Positions 24,559 through 32,311 of a stretch of 42,278 nt of DNA are shown in pieces (within the stretch, counting starts at the first letter, position 1; each line of letters starts with the position of its first letter). The DNA is from Candidatus Woesearchaeota archaeon. GTDB taxonomy: Archaea; Nanobdellota; Nanobdellia; Woesearchaeales; UBA10216. The notes under the pieces are model-generated. The model was not told where the DNA came from, made no database searches, and was given only the letters and a program-made list of their open reading frames with translations. The stretch spans positions 1 to 42,278 of the forward strand of contig JACPIJ010000068.1 of the NCBI GenBank assembly GCA_016188145.1, given 5' to 3'. Position numbers and translations under genes: made by a program.

Positions 24559-24800
24559 TTTGGTTGCCATCTTTTCCTTCTGACCGTGTAGCACGTTACC
24601 ACCCTTGTTTCTTCCTTTCTTAAAGTGTATATCACGACTATTTCCTTGCCTTTTAGCTGCAGTTGCTTCCCGTAGCGCAGCTCGCCCTTAACCACTTGCT
24701 TTATCACGAGTTCGCCATGTTCCAGGCACGCCTCAGCTTCTTCCCTTGAAATGCCGTCTTTCAGCATCTCATCCTCAGCATGCTGGGGAAACGTAATCAT
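24555..24800 (-). CDS. DUF4258-family toxin-like protein
   Basis: MITFPQHAEDEMLKDGISREEAEACLEHGELV...IVVIYT...RVVTCY fits the DUF4258 pattern. A TATA-like TTTAAATAC lies about 27 nt upstream of this internal Met. Confidence 0.7.
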   Translation of the reverse strand: MITFPQHAEDEMLKDGISREEAEACLEHGELVIKQVVKGELRYGKQLQLKGKEIVVIYTLRKEETRVVTCYTVRRKRWQPK

Positions 24801-24991
24801 TATCAACCACTTACCAAATAAGTATTTAAAGTTTTCCATTAAATTCAATAAGGATGAGTGCCCCGTCCGAGCAGGGCGAGATTGTCTAATTTACTGCACG
24901 TTTTCTGCTTTGCATAAAGGTCGAATGTTTATATATTAGCTAATGATACGTTAATGCAAATTTAAATGTTTTGTTTCGAGGTGATTAGAGA

Positions 24992-25138
24992 ATGCCAAAG
25001 ATTCAAAGGATGGGAAAAACCCACTGGGTAAGCATTCCTGCCTACATTTGCAAGCTCAAGGGCTGGAGTAAGGGTATGGAGCTTTACTTTGACATAGACC
25101 AAAGAACAGGCAAGGTTGTGCTAGATAAGGTGTCGTAG
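24992..25138 (+). CDS. Small SpoVT/AbrB-like protein (48 aa; not in the ORF track)
   Basis: GAGGTGA lies 7 nt upstream of the ATG. The translation is MPKIQRMGKTHWVSIPAYICKLKGWSKGMELYFDIDQRTGKVVLDKVS*, which fits the AbrB swapped-hairpin pattern. Confidence 0.55.
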   Translation: MPKIQRMGKTHWVSIPAYICKLKGWSKGMELYFDIDQRTGKVVLDKVS

Positions 25139-25195
25139 TCTGAGTATGTGAAACTTTTGAAAAAATATATAAACTTCGGTGGAGGAGTTAACAAT

Positions 25196-26173
25196 ATGTC
25201 GCTATTTCATGCAGGCGGGGCTAAAAGGTTTAGAAATGTGAAGATGAAGATAGCACTTCTTGCTGCAGGCGCTGCTATTCTGGGTTCTTCTCTTATGGGA
25301 TGTGCAAAGAGTGGAGCGCCTACCCCTCAAGAGACGCATCAGCTACAGCCTCCAGACAGAGCGGTGGTTCTTCAGGAGGAAAAGCAGGTTCAGAAATCAG
25401 AAAGCGTTAGAGAACATGTTTTTGTAGCTGCAGAGGAGATACTCAAAGGCCAGCAACTTTTGGGGCAAGCTCAGGAGAGTCTGAAAAACAGCATCTATTT
25501 TCTTGCTGCTGAGCAGGATTTATCACAAGCGCTTACACACTTTTTAAAGGCTGAGGAGAATGGTGTTGATGTTTCCCATTATATTAAACAAATTAAACAG
25601 CTCTACCAGCAGCTTGTGCAAGCTGATTTCGAATTGTTGAGAGAAGGCATTGAGCATAAAATCCAGTCGGGCTATTGGCAAGATGCTTTATATGCGATTA
25701 AGGAATTTGAAAAACAGCTTGTGAGGTTGCAGGCCTTCGTTAATCGTGGCTTCTATGAGAAAGAAATAGAAATACTGAGAGGGAAAGTGCATACTGCTTA
25801 TGTTGAACATCAGTTTGCTTTTGCTAGGCAATTGTTGCAGAAAGCTACAAGTCCTGCTCAACTACCTCAGGTAACAATGGAAGTCAAGGACGCCTTACAG
25901 TTTATTGAAAAGTCAAAATCTCAAGATTTTGGGCTTGATATTGGAAAAATAGAAGGTGAAGGAAGGCAGATTATTGGTTCTACATATTTGAAGGATGCTG
26001 AATTTAAGGTAGCTTCTTTTAAGGCTCATCAGAAAATTAACATCGGATTTGCCATTAAGGAACTGGAAGATGCGAAAAAATTAGCTCAGAAAGCCGCAGA
26101 GTATGGCGTTAACGCTGGACCTGTCCTGGGAGAAATTGAGAAGACTCTTGTTGAAGTAACCGGCAAGCCATAA
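25196..26173 (+). CDS. Putative lipoprotein, largely helical
   Basis: GGAGG lies 8 nt upstream of ATG 25196. The signal peptide has a lipobox-like end (KMKIALLAAGAAILGSSLMGC). No family recognised. Confidence 0.6.
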   Translation: MSLFHAGGAKRFRNVKMKIALLAAGAAILGSSLMGCAKSGAPTPQETHQLQPPDRAVVLQEEKQVQKSESVREHVFVAAEEILKGQQLLGQAQESLKNSIYFLAAEQDLSQALTHFLKAEENGVDVSHYIKQIKQLYQQLVQADFELLREGIEHKIQSGYWQDALYAIKEFEKQLVRLQAFVNRGFYEKEIEILRGKVHTAYVEHQFAFARQLLQKATSPAQLPQVTMEVKDALQFIEKSKSQDFGLDIGKIEGEGRQIIGSTYLKDAEFKVASFKAHQKINIGFAIKELEDAKKLAQKAAEYGVNAGPVLGEIEKTLVEVTGKP

Positions 26174-26184
26174 GACAAGGAGTA

Positions 26185-26871
26185 TTATTCTCCTATGATT
26201 GTTATGTTCCGCCCGCCCCTAATTCTAGCGTTGCGTCCTGGAGGAACCCTAAACGTTTTACCGTCTACAGTAACTGTGTAACCTCTTGACCTGGGCGTGT
26301 CTTCTTGCTGAGGATTGTATTGCGGCTCAGATTCTGTTTGTCGTAAAGCTTTGTCTATGTGCAAGATAAACCGCTTAGCGTCTGAGTGCAGTACCCCTAC
26401 ATAGCCATCTTCGCGATCTTCCGGAATACTGTGAGTAGTATTGTACCCAACTCCTGCACGCAAGTCATGGAGCTCTTTTGCGTGTTCCATTTCATCAGCT
26501 AGCTGGTATACAAGCTCTGCCAAGTTCTTTGCTCGCTTGCCAGATGTAGGATTAGGCGTGAACTGTATGTTTGCTACCACAGGAAAAGCTACTTTATAAA
26601 ACGTCCTTGTTCCTTCTTTTGACTTGATAGTGCGTTCCTCAACATTGCCTAATTCGCCTATTAGAACATGGTAAAGGGCTTTGTCATCAAATCCTTCTAG
26701 TGTATGAGTCCGTTGCCCCACAAGACCGAGTATCGTTCCTTCTTGTAGATCCGGAAGCTGGCCAAGCCCTATTTGGTTTAGAGTGCCATGGTTTTGGAAA
26801 GCCTTCAGCACATCAACTCCAAAACGAGCTGCTTCTCGCATTTTGTAGCCGCCTTCTTGATAGTTAGTCAT
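26185..26871 (-). CDS. Hypothetical protein
   Basis: This 228-aa ORF is divergent from the metalloprotease gene. No motif recognised. Confidence 0.55.
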   Translation of the reverse strand: MTNYQEGGYKMREAARFGVDVLKAFQNHGTLNQIGLGQLPDLQEGTILGLVGQRTHTLEGFDDKALYHVLIGELGNVEERTIKSKEGTRTFYKVAFPVVANIQFTPNPTSGKRAKNLAELVYQLADEMEHAKELHDLRAGVGYNTTHSIPEDREDGYVGVLHSDAKRFILHIDKALRQTESEPQYNPQQEDTPRSRGYTVTVDGKTFRVPPGRNARIRGGRNITIIGE

Positions 26872-26981
26872 TCTGCAGGTTAGTATAAGGAACTAGTATT
26901 TAAAGCTTTCGATATTATTACTACTAATAAGTTACAAAAATAGAAAAGTTATTATACTGGTTTGTTCCGAAAACTTGTATC

Positions 26982-28307
26982 ATGAAGCTTAAAGAACACA
27001 CAGCCAAAGCTGTAGGATACGTAGTTGGAGGTATGCCATTCATACCTACAGAAAAGAAGATAAAAATACCTGGAACAGGCTACCACCTCATAAAGCTTGC
27101 TCCGGAATGGGGTAAAAGGCACAAGATACTTTATAGGGCTTACAATTCTGCATTAACAGCTCTGCTATTCCTTTCACCAGCAATAGCTGATGGGGTAGGG
27201 AACACTGTTGCCTTATATAAGGCAGGGCAGCATAAGCTACAGCACAGCACACAAGCTCCACGAGGTGCTGGAATTGATAGGAAAGCTGCAGAAAATGGAC
27301 TGTTAACCCTTGCCGTTTACAATGTTAATTTTGGAGAAGAAGATGCTAGCCATTATAGTCGTTCAGAGCTTGAAAAATATTTGGATACTGCTTTTGGAAG
27401 GCTTGGGATAGGCATAAATGTAGAATACCTCGATGTTAATCCTAGACAAGAGTGGGAGGTAAGACTTAGGGAAGTGTACACCGATGAGGAAATGAAAACT
27501 CCTAAGCTTCAACAAAAATTACAAGGGTTTCCAGCAGAGTTTGAAAAGTTTGTAAGGAACACAGAAATTAATAAGCCTCTTGAAACGCCTGATGAAAAAT
27601 TTATGAATGCAGGAAAACCGACCACAGAACCACAGTTGGTTGTTGCCATCTACTTGGAGGATCTGCTTGGATCAAAATTCTTCGAAATGCCTGGCACGAT
27701 AGTCGCAGGGACCTCTGGAATAGTAAACGCCCCAAGAGCTGATGTGAGTATTGTAATAGCAGATTTCAAAGATGGCAGTGCTAGTGGTACTGCGCATAAC
27801 TACTCAAACACTGTATTCGGCGAACCATACGTTTTAGTAGACAAAAGGCATTCAAATAAGACAATAGACCAAAAAAGCTTGAAAGCATTATTAGCCCATG
27901 AAACTGGTCATAAAATAGGATTGGACCATTCCTCATTCTGGCCCCTGGATGTAATGAGTTATGCGCCTATATCCGGATGGTTTATCGAAAGAGTCCCGCA
28001 ACTTGCGTTTGGACCAGAAAGTTGGTTTGAATGGAGAGGCATAAAAGGACACTACACTGCTGATGAAAGATCAGCAAATCATAATTCGCAAGCTATCGAT
28101 TCAGAATTAGATGATAAGATGTTCGTTCAGAAGAGTGGGTTATGGGTTCCGGCGAATGACAGCTTTACCCCTGCTTTTGAAGATGGGAAAAGCAAAACCA
28201 GCTTATTGATACCTAATAGAGGTCTTGAACGAACACTAAAACTTCATCCAGATTTGGACACGCCTGTTTATAGAAAAACATATTTACAACAGATTACTCA
28301 AAATTGA
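26982..28307 (+). CDS. Membrane-anchored metzincin-like zinc metalloprotease
   Basis: HETGHKIGLDH matches HExxHxxGxxH and is followed by a Met-turn candidate (LDVMSY). An N-terminal hydrophobic segment is present. Confidence 0.75.
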   Translation: MKLKEHTAKAVGYVVGGMPFIPTEKKIKIPGTGYHLIKLAPEWGKRHKILYRAYNSALTALLFLSPAIADGVGNTVALYKAGQHKLQHSTQAPRGAGIDRKAAENGLLTLAVYNVNFGEEDASHYSRSELEKYLDTAFGRLGIGINVEYLDVNPRQEWEVRLREVYTDEEMKTPKLQQKLQGFPAEFEKFVRNTEINKPLETPDEKFMNAGKPTTEPQLVVAIYLEDLLGSKFFEMPGTIVAGTSGIVNAPRADVSIVIADFKDGSASGTAHNYSNTVFGEPYVLVDKRHSNKTIDQKSLKALLAHETGHKIGLDHSSFWPLDVMSYAPISGWFIERVPQLAFGPESWFEWRGIKGHYTADERSANHNSQAIDSELDDKMFVQKSGLWVPANDSFTPAFEDGKSKTSLLIPNRGLERTLKLHPDLDTPVYRKTYLQQITQN

Positions 28308-28339
28308 ACGCTCCCCAACCCTAAAGGGTGGGGATTCTT

Positions 28340-29010
28340 TTGATAACGACTGATTTTGGCGTGGCGAGCCTCATGCTATCACCTTGGGTGTCGGCACTGA
28401 ATGAAATAAGGGGCTGCTGACCCTTATAATCCCCTTCCGCCTTCGCCCCTCGTCAAGCCCTCTGAGGGCTCGCCGTATCTGGCTCGGCGGTAAATGTTTG
28501 CAGTTGCTGCTGCACGTCATCGATGACGATAATGCCGTGATGCTGCTGTTGTGAGCGAGCATACGCTTCTGCCTGCTCAAAATCTTTACCGATACTCTGG
28601 TGGTGCTCGTAGCCGCTCCAGAACCGGCCATCAGGGTAACGCTTTCTGAAGCCCGGGTGCTCGGCAAATATGCGTTTTGCCGAGTGGCTTTTCAGCATAA
28701 TCTCAGCAACCATTACAGAATACTTTTTCGGCACGTTCGCGTCAAAGTGAACGTGCGTTCCTCCAAAACCTATCGTTCCGAACTGTAAGCCGAAAGCTTC
28801 CAGTTCCTTAAAGCCTGAAGTGCAGGAGTTTATCGTGCTCTGTTTCCTGAAGCAGTTGTAACGCTTATGCGTTACAAACATGAACTGCATCCAGTTGTTT
28901 CGGGTGTCGCCCGAAACTTTTTTATAGCTCACGCTACTAAAAACTGCCATTTCACATCACCTTTTGAAAGGTTAGTCAAAGCCCGCACGGCAAATGCGGG
29001 CTTTGCTTTT
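28340..29010 (-). mobile_element. IS200-like element (tnpA only); boundaries approximate
   Basis: A Y1 transposase gene is flanked by hairpins. One is a perfect 10-bp stem, AAAGCCCGCA-N7-TGCGGGCTTT, at 28978-29004 just upstream of tnpA, as in IS200. The other is a GC-rich hairpin at about 28311-28335. No tnpB is present. Confidence 0.4.
28453..28950 (-). CDS. tnpA: IS200/IS605-family Y1 (HUH) transposase TnpA
   Basis: The HUH motif is THVHFDANVP. LKSHSAKRIFAEHPGF and the catalytic-Tyr context RFWSGYEHH are also present. Confidence 0.85.
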   Translation of the reverse strand: MAVFSSVSYKKVSGDTRNNWMQFMFVTHKRYNCFRKQSTINSCTSGFKELEAFGLQFGTIGFGGTHVHFDANVPKKYSVMVAEIMLKSHSAKRIFAEHPGFRKRYPDGRFWSGYEHHQSIGKDFEQAEAYARSQQQHHGIIVIDDVQQQLQTFTAEPDTASPQRA

Positions 29011-29154
29011 ACTCCAAAAGGCGATTACTCAAGAAAAAGCTTACTGCCAATTCATCTGCGGGTCTTCGCTGCTGCTCAGACCACGCAGAATTCTTGGCAA
29101 AACTTTAATAAGCATTCGACCTGAAAAGCAGCATAAAATTAGACAAATGAAAAG

Positions 29155-29288
29155 TGCCCCGTCCGGGATTTGAACCCGGGTCCCGGCCTTTCTCCACGTT
29201 TTATGGATTTTTTGGTCGAGCTTTTTTGCCGCGCCAAAAAAGGTCGTGCGAAAGGGCCGTGTCCTTGACCGGACTGAACGAACGGGGC
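29155..29288 (-). tRNA. tRNA-Glu (anticodon TTC) with a 59-nt intron at 37/38 (29190-29248)
   Basis: The acceptor is GCCCCGT/ACGGGGC and the D-arm is GTTC-AGTCCGGTCAA-GGAC. The anticodon arm is CGGCC-CTTTCG|intron|A-GGCCG. The T-arm is CCGGG-TTCAAAT-CCCGG and the discriminator is A. Confidence 0.85.
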
Positions 29289-29357
29289 ATGACCCCTTTA
29301 GAAAAGCGGTCAATCGGAAAACTGACCTCCTTCTGAAAAGGGTTTATCAAAAAACGA
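29289..29357 (-). promoter_or_regulatory. Conserved ~70-nt block immediately upstream of tRNA-Glu (copy 1)
   Basis: 32 of the first 34 nt are identical to 34303-34336, upstream of tRNA-Ser(GGA). It contains GGTCAATCGGAAAAC and, 33 nt further on, GGTTTATCAAAAAAC. Confidence 0.6.
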
Positions 29358-29397
29358 GTTAGAAGTTGTTTTTAAAGGTTTGCTGTTTAAATGACCG

Positions 29398-29961
29398 CTA
29401 TTTTTTCACGTACGCCTTCGTGATGGCAACGTCCTCAACAGGCCAATCAGAGTTGCCTCCCCTGTTGCCGGTCTCTACAGCCGCTATGGCGTTTACAACT
29501 TCCATGCCGCTCACTACCTTTCCGAATACAGCGTAGCCATCGTTGCCCGGCGCGGAGTTCAGGAAGTCGTTGTTTGCCACGTTTATGAAGAACTGGCTCG
29601 TTGCGCTGTCAGGGACTGACGTGCGAGCCATGGCTATTGTTCCTATGTTGTTCTTAATGCCGTTATTAGACTCAAGCTTTATCGGCCCTCTGGTTGGCTT
29701 CTGGGTGCCGTCAGGCGTAAAACCGCCTCCCTGTATCATGAATCCTGGAATTACGCGGTGGAAAACAGTGCCGTCATAATGCCCTTCATTGACGTATGCG
29801 AGAAAGTTTGTAACAGTAACAGGCGCCTGCTGAGGGTATAGTTCTATTTCTATTGTGCCTTTTGTCGTTTCAAGGATCACTTGCGGATTCATTTTGACAT
29901 CCTTATTTGAACAGCTTGCTGCTAATATTGCAATTACAATTGTTAATAAAATTGCTCGCAT
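29398..29961 (-). CDS. Cyclophilin-type peptidyl-prolyl cis-trans isomerase, secreted or lipoprotein
   Basis: FHRVIPGFMIQGGGF, IAMARTSVPDSATSQFFIN and YAVFGKVV are present. The N-terminal signal has a lipobox-like end (LAASC). Confidence 0.9.
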   Translation of the reverse strand: MRAILLTIVIAILAASCSNKDVKMNPQVILETTKGTIEIELYPQQAPVTVTNFLAYVNEGHYDGTVFHRVIPGFMIQGGGFTPDGTQKPTRGPIKLESNNGIKNNIGTIAMARTSVPDSATSQFFINVANNDFLNSAPGNDGYAVFGKVVSGMEVVNAIAAVETGNRGGNSDWPVEDVAITKAYVKK

Positions 29962-30036
29962 TTTATACGCGGATTAGATAACTATTCTTAAAGTTGTCGC
30001 AAAAGGCTTTTAAATGAATCTTCATTATCCAACACA

Positions 30037-30810
30037 ATGGTAATAGACAGCATTGTATCTGGCATTGCTAATCTACATCTTTACCCTGATGAGAAGCGGT
30101 TTTTGCTTGGTAAAGGAACAGAGGCCTCTCTAGACGGCTTGGAAGAATTAACACGCGAGATGTTCAGGCCTCTTATCAGGGAGATTGCGAGGGTGCATGG
30201 TTGGCCTTTCAGGCAAAACTCTTTTTCTGCGATAGAATTAGGGCCTCAATTGAGACATGAGCTGATGGAGCTAGTACTAGCAAGCGGGAATAGCGTCATA
30301 GGGATTGGTGATGATTCAGCATTTGCTGCTGAAGCTCATTTAATGCCACATTTAAGGTGCGTGAAAGATTATAACGATTTCCTTAGAACGCAGCCATCAG
30401 AAAGCGTGGATATTATATATGGACGTGATTCCTTTTTACCGTATTATCTTTGGCGAAGTAACCCTGCGGCAACACCTGAAGATTATTTTGTGGAAATGGT
30501 AAGGGTGCTGAAACCTCATGGGCGAATCATTCTATATTTTGATGAAGGAATAGGCACGCTCATTGGTCACAGATTAAGCAAAGAAGAAAAAGATATGCTG
30601 CGAATGTCTCGCGATAAGGCCCCTTCAGAATTGACAGAACGTGAGTTCTTTGTAAGATTTATGAATGAGGCTCAGGATTTAGGAAGGATCGGTTTAGGGA
30701 AGGTACTACAATATCAGCATGCCTTTGAAAAAAGGCCATTAGACAGCAGGGGATTTGAATGGACAAAGAGTAAGGGCACCGGTATTGTTGAGGTTTACCA
30801 AAAAAGTTGA
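30037..30810 (+). CDS. Hypothetical protein, possibly a degenerate class I SAM-methyltransferase fold
   Basis: The evidence is weak: VIGIGDDS is motif-I-like, VDIIYG is motif-II-like, and EMVRVLKPHGRIILYF is a typical post-II motif. Confidence 0.45.
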   Translation: MVIDSIVSGIANLHLYPDEKRFLLGKGTEASLDGLEELTREMFRPLIREIARVHGWPFRQNSFSAIELGPQLRHELMELVLASGNSVIGIGDDSAFAAEAHLMPHLRCVKDYNDFLRTQPSESVDIIYGRDSFLPYYLWRSNPAATPEDYFVEMVRVLKPHGRIILYFDEGIGTLIGHRLSKEEKDMLRMSRDKAPSELTEREFFVRFMNEAQDLGRIGLGKVLQYQHAFEKRPLDSRGFEWTKSKGTGIVEVYQKS

Positions 30811-30821
30811 GATAAACCGCT

Positions 30822-31910
30822 TCAATCCGGAAAGTATTCGCTGACCAGCTTTTGGCTGCTGCTTTTCTGCTCCAGGTGAGCCATCCTTATCCCAACCTGC
30901 CTTAACTTTCTCTTATCGCTGAAGAACGGCTGCAGCAGCTGTTTTGCAACTTTTCTAATTGTGTTGATGTCTGCTGTTGCCTCGCTTAGCGTCTTTTCTT
31001 TTGTGTGCGTTTCAAAGTCCTCAAATCTCACCCGTATGCCAACGGTTCTGCAACAAAAATTGTTCGCTGCAAGAGCGTTGTGGGCGTCTTCAAGCATCTC
31101 GTCAATGGCTGCGAAGATGAGTTGCTCGTCCTTAGTGTCCTCTTCAAAGGTGAAGTTCCGGTTTATTGACTTTATTTCGTAGTTTTCCTCGACCACACTG
31201 TTGTCAATGCCGTTGGCTGCTTCGTGGAGGTAAAGGCCGTATTTGCCAAATTCTTTGTGGAGGAAGTCTTCCGGCAAAGCGGCTAGCTCGCCGATTGTGT
31301 TGATGCCCATCCCTTTCAGAACTGCCTCCGTCTTCTCACCAACGCCGATAAGCTTCCGCACAAGCAGCGGCGACAGGAACTCTTTTTCTTTTTCCGGTTC
31401 CACTATTGTGAAACCACCTGGTTTCTTGAAGTCTGACGCAATCTTCGCAACGAGCTTGTTTGAGGCAATGCCTATGCTGCAGCTCAGCTTTTCCTTTTCG
31501 CCAATTTCGTTTTTTATTGCGGCTGCGAATTTTTCTATTTCGCTTTTATCGCCGCTGCTAACCTTTGCAGTTACGTCAATGAATGCTTCATCAATGCTGA
31601 CCTGCTCGAATTTGTCGCTGTAGCTGCGGAGAATATTCATTACAGCTTCGGATGCTGCGGTATAGAGGGGAAAGTTTGGCGGCGTGTATATTGCGGTTGG
31701 GCAAAGCCTGTACGCTTTTGAGATTGGCATTGCTGACTTTATGCCGAACTTTCGCCCTTCGTAGCTGCAGGTCATTACAACGCCACGGCCTTTGCCTCCC
31801 TTGGGGTCTGCGCCAACGACCACAGGCTTTCCCATCCATTCCGGATGCTCGCGCTGCTCAACTGCAGCGTAGAAGGCGTCAAGGTCTATGTGCATTATGG
31901 TGCGTTGCAT
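30822..31910 (-). CDS. dinB: Y-family DNA polymerase IV (Dpo4/DinB)
   Basis: IMHIDLDAFYAAVEQRE, SIDEAFIDVT and VGIASNKLVAKIASD are present. I started it at ATG 31910, downstream of TATA-like TTTTTATAAAC; the track start at 31931 is TTG. Confidence 0.9.
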   Translation of the reverse strand: MQRTIMHIDLDAFYAAVEQREHPEWMGKPVVVGADPKGGKGRGVVMTCSYEGRKFGIKSAMPISKAYRLCPTAIYTPPNFPLYTAASEAVMNILRSYSDKFEQVSIDEAFIDVTAKVSSGDKSEIEKFAAAIKNEIGEKEKLSCSIGIASNKLVAKIASDFKKPGGFTIVEPEKEKEFLSPLLVRKLIGVGEKTEAVLKGMGINTIGELAALPEDFLHKEFGKYGLYLHEAANGIDNSVVEENYEIKSINRNFTFEEDTKDEQLIFAAIDEMLEDAHNALAANNFCCRTVGIRVRFEDFETHTKEKTLSEATADINTIRKVAKQLLQPFFSDKRKLRQVGIRMAHLEQKSSSQKLVSEYFPD

Positions 31911-31978
31911 ATATAATGGCTTTGGCTGCAATGGTTAAAAATGTTTATAAAAATAAAAAAAGAAAAAGGGCTTTTCAA

Positions 31979-32158
31979 TCAGAACTTTTTGTGCTTCTGG
32001 TAGCAGTCCCTGCAGTAGACAGGCTTTCCTTCCGCAGGCTTGAATGGCACTTCGCATTCCTGGCTGCATTCTGAACATACTGCCTTGTGCATCTCTCTTG
32101 GCCCGAAGCCGCCTCCCCTGAAGCCGCCACCGCCACCTGACCTTTCTCCATATCCCAT
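31979..32158 (-). CDS. Small RGG-rich CxxC...CxxC zinc-ribbon protein (59 aa; not in the ORF track)
   Basis: I translated it by hand as MGYGERSGGGGGFRGGGFGPREMHKAVCSECSQECEVPFKPAEGKPVYCRDCYQKHKKF*. This is the CxxC-x17-CxxC VPF...PVYCxxC pattern seen at the C-termini of some RNA helicases. Confidence 0.6.
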   Translation of the reverse strand: MGYGERSGGGGGFRGGGFGPREMHKAVCSECSQECEVPFKPAEGKPVYCRDCYQKHKKF

Positions 32159-32311
32159 TTGCTTTTCACCTTCTGATGCTTTCTAATGCTCTTAGTACAC
32201 GCCCGGGTTTCTCCTGATTTTGAAGAACCAGCCGTATACTGTGACTGCGACTTTTGGCCAGTATATAAAGGTAACCAATTTATACCCATGTGCTCTCTGC
32301 TGCCGGTTAGC

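Noticed and set aside
29041-29336. ORFs of 90 aa (-) and 60 aa (+) across tRNA-Glu
   Set aside because: They overlap the tRNA-Glu exons and intron, so the RNA gene explains the region.
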